64,000 nt of DNA from positions 1,160 to 65,159 of IMG/VR virus record IMGVR_UViG_3300022664_000309; one strand, 5' to 3'. Source of the stretch: a virus. Shown piece by piece: positions 56,852 to 64,000 of this stretch. Both the position numbers and the translations under genes were made by a program. How positions within the stretch are numbered: the stretch's first letter is position 1; every line of letters begins with the position of its first letter. The notes below the pieces were generated by a model, which was not told where the DNA came from, did no database searches, and saw only the letters and a list, made by a program, of their open reading frames with translations.

Positions 56852-57934
56852 ATGATTATTATGACAGCATTCTTGAACCTGGCATACGCCAGGTATCCAA
56901 CCGAAGTACTCCCGGAAGTATTCCGGGTCAATGTACCTGTCAACAGCATAGAAGTCGCTCGATACGAGAACTTTGGCAAAAGATTGATTGAGATTCGAAA
57001 TGTAGTCTCCACGAGACCCGCTGCCAATCCAATTGAAACTCTCATCGCCACCGACAAATCAGACGAAGCTCTAAGGTTATATTCAGCAGCGCAGGCCGGT
57101 GTCTGGAACGAGGACTCTCCTGCAATCTACAATAAGACCAGGGCCAGCTCCTATGCATATATCAGGCAGAGAAGTATAGGTGGGGCTGAGGCAGACATCA
57201 CTACCAGATATCACGTAGTGGTCCGGAATTACAACATGCTGGACCTCTACAGGTGGGGCGTAAAGGACCCCGAGGTAGCTCTGAACATGATCGAGAGCAG
57301 GCTTGACGATGCCGCCAAAACCCGAATCTATGATACTGCGAACCTGATCGAACGAGCCTTGATAGGATCTCTTCCTGTTCACCAGGACCTTCTGAACCCC
57401 TCGGTTGAGGAACAGTTTGAGGAAGTTAAAGAGATATCCAGACAGATCCCCGGTCTACCCGCAAATGGCGGATCTCATGTTTTATCTGGAGCCTGGATCA
57501 GAGTTCCCCCAGGATATGTAGCCGTGATCCTCGGCGTCGGGGTAGATGCAACTCAAGTCAGAAACAACCTGAGCGCAGGAGCCTTAGATCCATACGATGC
57601 CTGCCATATTTTCATCAGCCGGGACGATTTGACAAATTATGTCAGAATGGATGCTGCCTGCATGCCTTCAGGTGGTCTGGGATTACCTGATGTTGATATG
57701 AGGATGTATATCCCGGCTTGCCAAAAGTTCCAAGTTGAGATTATCAACAACCATGCCGTTAATGCGGTGGCAGCCAACCTCCGGCTAAGGGTTCGATACG
57801 GTCTCCGAAAGATGACGATCATTGATCATCAAAAATGGGGCATCGCCTACGCAACGGATGTTGAACAGGCTGCGGCCAACGCACTGATCGAGAAGCATCA
57901 GCTTAATGACCTGATTTATATAGGCGAGATGTAA
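56852..57934 (+). CDS. Candidate capsid protein 2 with internal duplication
   Basis: 360 aa; the two halves end similarly (RYHVVVRNYNMLDLYRWGV / RVRYGLRKMTIIDHQKWGI). Confidence 0.45.
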   Translation: MIIMTAFLNLAYARYPTEVLPEVFRVNVPVNSIEVARYENFGKRLIEIRNVVSTRPAANPIETLIATDKSDEALRLYSAAQAGVWNEDSPAIYNKTRASSYAYIRQRSIGGAEADITTRYHVVVRNYNMLDLYRWGVKDPEVALNMIESRLDDAAKTRIYDTANLIERALIGSLPVHQDLLNPSVEEQFEEVKEISRQIPGLPANGGSHVLSGAWIRVPPGYVAVILGVGVDATQVRNNLSAGALDPYDACHIFISRDDLTNYVRMDAACMPSGGLGLPDVDMRMYIPACQKFQVEIINNHAVNAVAANLRLRVRYGLRKMTIIDHQKWGIAYATDVEQAAANALIEKHQLNDLIYIGEM

Positions 57935-57944
57935 GGAGGGAATC

Positions 57945-58316
57945 ATGCTTAAGTACAGGCATGTTCCTTTTGCCGTTTTTCGTCAACAATGCGGCGGGGT
58001 TGGCGAAGCGGGCCTCAAAAGGTACGATATAATGAATGGAGAAGATGGTCTGGCCGGCCTGGGAGTACCTGCAAAAGCCATCACCATCATGAACCATGGC
58101 CCTGGGATCTTGTATTATCAGATCTCTTCGAATGGCCGTGACGTGTCGGTTGTAGATGGAATTGATTCTGGCCAAGGTAAAGGATATCCCGCCGAAGAAG
58201 CTGTTTACGTCGGAGTTATCAGTCTGTACTCCGATAATGCAGCCACCACGTTCTCAATAAATGCCTCTCCTGGTGTATGGACCGAAGAAGAACTGATAGA
58301 ATTGATGGAGGCTTAA
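57945..58316 (+). CDS. Small beta-rich structural protein (single-jelly-roll sized)
   Basis: GGAGGG RBS; AITIMNHGPGILYYQIS. Confidence 0.65.
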   Translation: MLKYRHVPFAVFRQQCGGVGEAGLKRYDIMNGEDGLAGLGVPAKAITIMNHGPGILYYQISSNGRDVSVVDGIDSGQGKGYPAEEAVYVGVISLYSDNAATTFSINASPGVWTEEELIELMEA

Positions 58317-58317
58317 A

Positions 58318-59352
58318 ATGCCATCGTTATTTATAACCACAATACGAGCTGATATTGACAGTCTCTACTTAAGCAGAGATTCTGGCGGAACCTTGTTTGT
58401 AGATCAAGCGTTTCCCGGAGCTTCTGATGATAACGATGGTTTATCAGCAACATCTCCAAAAAAGACCATAACGGGGGCAATTGGTTCTGGTAGCTCCGGC
58501 TGGAAAATACAGGTCGCTCCGGGAAACTACACCGAAAACATCGTGATTCCGGCTGGATACGAAGGGTTGATAATTGAAGGCCGAGATCGTCTTGGTGCAA
58601 ACAGAACAACTATTTCCCCAGCATCGGGTATTCCAATCGAGATCAATTCAAACAACGTCGAGATCTTTAATATGGAAATAATTGCTGGGACAGTCGCACC
58701 AGGAGATACCCATAACACCGCGCTATATCTCAAGGGATTAAATCATAAAATCCATGATCTATCCATCCTCGGAAATAGCGACGGTTGTTGGGGAATATGG
58801 CTCGATGATGCTGATTACGCTGATGTGCATGACTGCTACATTGATGGCGGATATAAGGTAGATGGAATAGGTGTTTTTATCGGCAATGACACAATATCCA
58901 GCAAGATCCATAACAATTACATTACTAAATGGGGTAGCGGATTTGGAGATGGCGGAGCCAACAATGGATATGGCATTGGTCGGCACATAAATGCACAGAG
59001 ATCGCTAATCACTGAAAATGATATCCTTGATAATTACGTTGGAATCTACTATTATCCGCCCGGAGGTCCAACCGATATCGAAGGAGATTCTATAATCCAC
59101 AACAACTTCGCAGAGAATACCTCGTATGATATTTACGACACTCACGATTATCCCGAGTCTGCAATTAACATCGACAGTAATTTCTTTGGATATTCTACAG
59201 GAGGTGTCGTCTGGCATGCAGACAGCAACGGAGACAATGTTGCCGATTCCATAATATTCTGCGGAACAAATCGCGATAGACACCCATTGGCCGGGCCACA
59301 TATATGGCGCGGAGTTGTTGGCAGCTTGCCGAGGTTCGGAGGCTTAACATGA
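58318..59352 (+). CDS. Beta-helix spike/adhesin (DUF1565/NosD-like)
   Basis: FVD..ASDDNDGLS..SPKKTITGAI..IQVAPGNYTE; Asn ladders. Confidence 0.8.
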   Translation: MPSLFITTIRADIDSLYLSRDSGGTLFVDQAFPGASDDNDGLSATSPKKTITGAIGSGSSGWKIQVAPGNYTENIVIPAGYEGLIIEGRDRLGANRTTISPASGIPIEINSNNVEIFNMEIIAGTVAPGDTHNTALYLKGLNHKIHDLSILGNSDGCWGIWLDDADYADVHDCYIDGGYKVDGIGVFIGNDTISSKIHNNYITKWGSGFGDGGANNGYGIGRHINAQRSLITENDILDNYVGIYYYPPGGPTDIEGDSIIHNNFAENTSYDIYDTHDYPESAINIDSNFFGYSTGGVVWHADSNGDNVADSIIFCGTNRDRHPLAGPHIWRGVVGSLPRFGGLT

Positions 59353-59448
59353 AAAAATTTAGAAACACCGAAAAAGGCAAACCCGGTGAGTTGCTGGGAA
59401 TTTTAGATGCTGTTCCAGTTCCTATCAAAATAGAGGAGGAGATCGAAG

Positions 59449-60900
59449 ATGATAACAGGAATTGAACCTTTCAATGCCCTGCCCAGCTCGATAGTGGCCA
59501 ATGATAGCTTTTATAGCGATTCTGATCTTTGGAAAGATCCTGTTATCAATGGAACGACGTTTACCCGATCAGCTGGCTGGATGGTTGCTGCGCATGGCGT
59601 AGGCGGCGGCACTGGCATATCTTATCTTCAGGCCAATCAGAGATTCGGAACTCAGATGTCGTTTGAAGTTATCATGAGTCTATATGCATTTGATCCTGCC
59701 AGCAATAACCAAATTTCGGGTATCAGATTGTGGGTAGACGACGATAATTGGTTTGTTCTCGGTGCAGAAATCAACGCTGGAAACCAATCCGCAGCAATGC
59801 TTAGGTACAAAATTGCAGGAGCCGAAAGTGTTGTTCATTTTCCCGTGAATGGGGCAGATGCAACACGCAGCAACCTTGATGCGTATCGTAGACATTTCAG
59901 GATTGATGTACTGAATGATCACCTAGTGATATACGTCAACAGTGTCAAACGATTTGATCTAAAGGCAAACGCGGTTCCAATGCTGAATTATTACTTCGAA
60001 CTGATAGCTGGAACAACCGACGATACCAAGGCTTTTCAGGCGCATTTCCGGGATGTTGTATATAGAAACCACATAACGACCCCGGAAGTTTACCCGGCTA
60101 AAACAGGCGGGTCAATAACCCTGAGCGATACAACCCCATCTGAACTGATCTTCACGGATGAAATATCAGGAAATCTCTTCGAGCTGGTATTGAGAGCAGA
60201 TCTTGACGAGGCCTACATAAACCAGGCATGGGTGCTTGACTCACCCGCAACCTATGATGACATAACATCAGAATGCAATGATTTGACGACTGGTATGGCC
60301 GTTTTACTACCAGCTGTTCCTGCTGCTGATGATGCGGTGATCTTAGGCGCATCTGAAAAATTTGATCATGTGGACGTATATATGGACGGCGGAGTTTCCA
60401 ACATAGACAATGAATTCAATGTATTATATTGGAACGGCGCTTCCTGGGCAGCTCTAGCTGTCACCGATGGCACGAATGGAGGAGTTGCCGGGAGGACCTT
60501 CTACGAGAATGGGCGGATCACATTTGCGCCACCTGCTAATTGGACAGCAATTTCCGTAAATGGCGTTAGCTGCTACTACATAAGTATTCATGTTGTAACA
60601 GCCGGTTCGAGTGTTCCCGTAGCCACGCATATTCAGTTGGGTTTAGTCAGCCACAGTGGATTCGACCATGCAGCCGCATTCCTGAGTACGCTTGAAGTAA
60701 AGATGTTCAAAGGCTTTACTGGTATTGGATATACCCGGTCTTATATGGACGCAATGTCATACCGGCAGTGTGTGGGAGAACGCAATGTTGAAATCAATGG
60801 CTGGAGATGTGATGGGGACGCGAAGATAACGTTCCAACTCTCTGAAACCCCCACGAAACCGGTTGTTATCCCATATTATGTATTCACCAGGAGGTTATAA
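59449..60900 (+). CDS. Lectin/ConA-like multidomain structural protein
   Basis: HFRIDV..HLVIYVN; YWNGASWAAL.VTDGT. Confidence 0.65.
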   Translation: MITGIEPFNALPSSIVANDSFYSDSDLWKDPVINGTTFTRSAGWMVAAHGVGGGTGISYLQANQRFGTQMSFEVIMSLYAFDPASNNQISGIRLWVDDDNWFVLGAEINAGNQSAAMLRYKIAGAESVVHFPVNGADATRSNLDAYRRHFRIDVLNDHLVIYVNSVKRFDLKANAVPMLNYYFELIAGTTDDTKAFQAHFRDVVYRNHITTPEVYPAKTGGSITLSDTTPSELIFTDEISGNLFELVLRADLDEAYINQAWVLDSPATYDDITSECNDLTTGMAVLLPAVPAADDAVILGASEKFDHVDVYMDGGVSNIDNEFNVLYWNGASWAALAVTDGTNGGVAGRTFYENGRITFAPPANWTAISVNGVSCYYISIHVVTAGSSVPVATHIQLGLVSHSGFDHAAAFLSTLEVKMFKGFTGIGYTRSYMDAMSYRQCVGERNVEINGWRCDGDAKITFQLSETPTKPVVIPYYVFTRRL

Positions 60901-60903
60901 AAA

Positions 60904-62643
60904 ATGGGAATAGTTGTCGCCCGTAGCACCACAAAAGCGGACAAGTTATCTACCCGCAGAATAGATGAAATTCAATACATCGGTAACATTAGTGGTCTGG
61001 CCAGAAACCAGATCATTAACATCCATCCGGTAACACTCATGGAAAAGAATCCTGCTCAGATCATGTCGACGATAATAGCTGATCAGACAGGGCAGATGGT
61101 TGGTAAATGGGTCGAAAAGAAATCGGGTATAAGCGGTGTCCAGACCTGGGCAAAGCTTGAAGGCATCACCTCTTCAGTGAGTAGCCGTGACCTAATGCTT
61201 CTTGAAAGTTCAAACGACTTTCGAAAAGTACGCGATGTCGGGGTTTTTAAAACGCCTGGCAAAATAATGGATGAGAATACCCAAATTGCACTAACCGGGC
61301 TAGGAGTACAACAAATAACGGTGAAAACCAATATTGAATTTACCGGGGCAGATAGTAGATGTGCCTTAAATCCGACAGTTGGAAAACATATACATCTATC
61401 ACCGGAAGGCAGAATCGATATGTTCATCTCCGCGCTAGTTAACATGCATATACCTATGACAAACCCAACGGCAATATATACGCATACAGATGACGGCGGC
61501 AAAACGACGACACATGTGTTCATTCATGCGACTGATAATCCACAGACACAGTGTTCATTTTGTGCAGACGCATATGGAAATCTTCATTTCGTATGGAGAG
61601 AAGCCGTTGGTGTAAATGATATTAGAATAATGTACAATAAATATAATCCTACCACGAAAACTTCGTTGATAGTTTTGGAAATAAGTAATATAACTGGGGT
61701 CCCAACTGCATGTCCTGTTATCCAACTTACCCCCGATGATACTTCGGTGGAAATAATGTGGCTAAGCAACGGATATGCCCCAATTACCAATTATCCACAA
61801 ATTCTTCTTCGGGAGGTAAACGCGGACGGATCGATGGGAACATTGCAGCAATTAACCACGGATGGCTCTGCAACCCATCGATATACATACATATCATTTG
61901 ATTATGATAGTCTTGGATATCGTCACATAATGGCTACAGCCAAATGTGATACTGTCAACCCGGATCTTGGTAATCTTTGGTATATACGGCAGACCTCGGA
62001 TGGATGGCAACCCAAAGTAGCATTAAATACTGATGCGGGGGACGTAAATGCTTTGCATTATATGTCGAATATTTTAATCAGTAAACAGAATGAAGTCTAT
62101 TGCGCATACAGTATCGGGCCATTTGATGCCGTCAGCAGGCGGCCATTATATATTAAACAAATAAAGAATGGGGTGGTTGGGCCAAGAGTAACCGTAGAAG
62201 CAGGCAACCCCGGCCCAGGCGGAACATACCCCAATATTCAGTTTGACAAGAATGACTTTGTTGGTGTGATCTATCAGAGCAATACGGTAGAGAATGACGC
62301 TTATTGTTTACGAACTTTTAACCGAATGTTAACTGAAGTAGGAACCAAGCAAATCATTTACGAACCAGGAGATGGTTTCGAACTGTTCTTTTTTAGCACG
62401 CCCTGGAGTACGTCACCTAATATCCACAGCGTCAATCCGACCGTCCCATTACAAGGAATGGTCATGATGATATCCAAATATAGACCCGAAACACCGGAAA
62501 AAACCGATATCATGGTTTATAGTACCAAAAACTGTGTGTTCGGGGTTCCAACCACTGCTACCAAAATGCTGGTCAAATCATATAACATCCGTGGCATAAT
62601 CAGTAGAACAAAATTCAACGCAGGGTTCAACCCGGTGATCTAG
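60904..62643 (+). CDS. Beta-propeller-like (BNR-type) structural protein
   Basis: TDDGGKT Asp-box; repeated DxxGxxHxV blades. Confidence 0.65.
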   Translation: MGIVVARSTTKADKLSTRRIDEIQYIGNISGLARNQIINIHPVTLMEKNPAQIMSTIIADQTGQMVGKWVEKKSGISGVQTWAKLEGITSSVSSRDLMLLESSNDFRKVRDVGVFKTPGKIMDENTQIALTGLGVQQITVKTNIEFTGADSRCALNPTVGKHIHLSPEGRIDMFISALVNMHIPMTNPTAIYTHTDDGGKTTTHVFIHATDNPQTQCSFCADAYGNLHFVWREAVGVNDIRIMYNKYNPTTKTSLIVLEISNITGVPTACPVIQLTPDDTSVEIMWLSNGYAPITNYPQILLREVNADGSMGTLQQLTTDGSATHRYTYISFDYDSLGYRHIMATAKCDTVNPDLGNLWYIRQTSDGWQPKVALNTDAGDVNALHYMSNILISKQNEVYCAYSIGPFDAVSRRPLYIKQIKNGVVGPRVTVEAGNPGPGGTYPNIQFDKNDFVGVIYQSNTVENDAYCLRTFNRMLTEVGTKQIIYEPGDGFELFFFSTPWSTSPNIHSVNPTVPLQGMVMMISKYRPETPEKTDIMVYSTKNCVFGVPTTATKMLVKSYNIRGIISRTKFNAGFNPVI

Positions 62644-62666
62644 ATGCCCCTGACAAAGAACGTCAA

Positions 62667-63005
62667 TTGAAGGCACTGCGAGAGATGCTGGATGGGATTT
62701 ACTTAGATGCCACTCAATCACATGCTACCGGAACGGTACCCTGCGATCTGACCATAATCTTCACGGCTCTTGCATCTCTTACGGTAAGCTATGATGACGT
62801 AAAGGAAGATGTCAAATATCTAAAGGATGGTATGTCAAATGTGCAGACTGAATTACATGAAATAGCAACAACCATAAAGGTATGCGACGCCGCCGATCAA
62901 GGTAAAAAAGCCGCATGGACAGCAATAATTGCATTTGTATCAGGCGGACTTGGAATAACATTGATAAAATGGATATTGGATACATACTTAAATAATGTGA
63001 TATAG
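62667..63005 (+). CDS. Coiled-coil + C-terminal TM protein
   Basis: AWTAIIAFVSGGLGITLIKWIL; start uncertain. Confidence 0.65.
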   Translation: MKALREMLDGIYLDATQSHATGTVPCDLTIIFTALASLTVSYDDVKEDVKYLKDGMSNVQTELHEIATTIKVCDAADQGKKAAWTAIIAFVSGGLGITLIKWILDTYLNNVI

Positions 63006-63014
63006 GTGATATGT

Positions 63015-64000
63015 ATGGAAAGACCAACCGCTAGACAATCTGCCTGGCAATGGCAAGAAAGAATAGGCATTGCCGATAGGAAAACGCTGGACGGAGATCA
63101 ATCTGTCTATTTCAATCGTCTGATGGATCTTGGTGACCCCATAGAACCGTACGACGCAGCTCATAAAAAGTATGTAGATGACGCCCTGCTGCATGCTGGA
63201 GGGGGCGGTGGAGAAGAGGTGATGATTGAGCGGGGAATACCAGATTTTGATGTCGCCGTAGTTCTGGAAGGAACTACAATAAAAGTAATCAATAATGAAG
63301 GTACCACACTTGATACTGGTGTACTTGGAACTGATGACACGGATTGTTTCGATACCGCAGTCGCAGCTTGCCCTCATAATGGAATGCTGTACATTGGCCC
63401 AGGGACATTCACTCTTAAAGCAAACAAGTTATTTTATTTAAACGGTGGAGATGAGGGCAGCGCTTCAAATCCATTCTATTATGCGATTGGGGTATTAGAT
63501 GGAAAAAATATGGCAATTCAAGGATCTGGTATAGGTTCAACCATTCTTAAAATGGACGCCGGTCAACATTACGAAGATCATCACGCCGTGCTGATTCTCA
63601 ACCGTGCCCATTGGTGGGATTACGGAGCAACAATGTTTGTTGTTTCCGATATGACATTAGATGGTAATAGAGCCAACCAGGCAGAATGGTATTATGATGG
63701 CCCTGGATTGATATTAACAGGTAGCATAGCCAGCAACTTCCGATTCCAGCGTCTTTGGCTCAAGGATTCGTTTGGTTACGGCATCTACTGTGGAAACAAC
63801 GGCAGTGGTCCGGTTAACGGTCTCGTATTCAGCGATATCCGGGCCACGAATTGCTACAAATCGGCAATTATGACTGACACTGTGTGTGGGTTGCTCATAA
63901 ATAACTGCCTGATTGAAGATAGCAATGCTGGTATTGAATGTGTCGGCAATCAGCCCGACTACTTGACTAGGTCCAGAGATTCAATTGTTATCTCAGATGT
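63015..64000 (+). CDS. Fibre/spike protein with beta-helix domain (truncated by window end; not in ORF track)
   Basis: AGGTGAT RBS; DP..PYDAAHKKYVD fibre motif; IQGSG..MTLDGNR..GIYCGNNG. Confidence 0.85.
   Translation, partial: MERPTARQSAWQWQERIGIADRKTLDGDQSVYFNRLMDLGDPIEPYDAAHKKYVDDALLHAGGGGGEEVMIERGIPDFDVAVVLEGTTIKVINNEGTTLDTGVLGTDDTDCFDTAVAACPHNGMLYIGPGTFTLKANKLFYLNGGDEGSASNPFYYAIGVLDGKNMAIQGSGIGSTILKMDAGQHYEDHHAVLILNRAHWWDYGATMFVVSDMTLDGNRANQAEWYYDGPGLILTGSIASNFRFQRLWLKDSFGYGIYCGNNGSGPVNGLVFSDIRATNCYKSAIMTDTVCGLLINNCLIEDSNAGIECVGNQPDYLTRSRDSIVISD

Larger units (their letters stand above)
1..64000. mobile_element. Archaeal virus (or provirus) genome segment, probable methanogen host
   Basis: Dense small orphan ORFs, own replication genes, a virion-like module with spike proteins, archaeal RBS/TATA signals and no core host genes. 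No integrase or att site seen. Confidence 0.85.

Noticed and set aside
58318..64000. Diversity-generating retroelement targeting the spike genes
   Set aside because: No reverse transcriptase and no template/variable repeat pair seen in the window
1..64000. Identification as a Borg or mini-Borg
   Set aside because: Perfect tandem repeats are confined to one gene, gene strands switch often and no metabolic cargo is visible; cannot be fully excluded without the whole replicon
1..64000. Pyrrolysine (TAG) recoding
   Set aside because: The TAG-terminated genes I checked are followed by an RBS or a new start, and recognisable proteins are not split at TAG

Overview
The whole 64-kb window looks like part of a large archaeal dsDNA virus, or a virus-like element. 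The probable host is a methanogen of the Methanosarcinales/Methanotrichales. Host clues are GGAGGTGA-type RBSs, TTTATA promoters, a DUF1699 protein, a COG4738-like HTH, an archaeal ThyA, a PolB with a PIP-box and PEGA/Ig-like proteins. No host housekeeping genes are visible. Layout: (1) 0.1-8.2 kb, a leftward array of small accessory genes, partly joined by a repeated RBS-stop-start junction. (2) 8.2-10.6 kb, a 2.4-kb non-coding control region with a structured leader, a tRNA-like minihelix, promoters, palindromic repeats, a 21-bp inverted-repeat pair and strand-asymmetric tracts. (3) 10.6-35 kb, replication and nucleotide genes (Prim-Pol/helicase next to an iteron origin, PolB, DEDD exonuclease, XPD/DinG helicase, ERCC4 nuclease, ThyA, MazG-like, ASCH, NrdG-like), interrupted by a 389-bp non-autonomous IS200/IS605 element and a membrane/secreted cassette. 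(4) 35-48.7 kb, a 3,677-aa repeat-rich PEGA protein flanked by two thermonuclease genes. (5) 48.7-64 kb, Cys-rich genes followed by a rightward putative virion module with two 360-390-aa capsid candidates and beta-helix/lectin spike proteins. No terminase, portal or HK97 capsid is recognisable. All family calls come from motifs recognised by eye; no searches were run.
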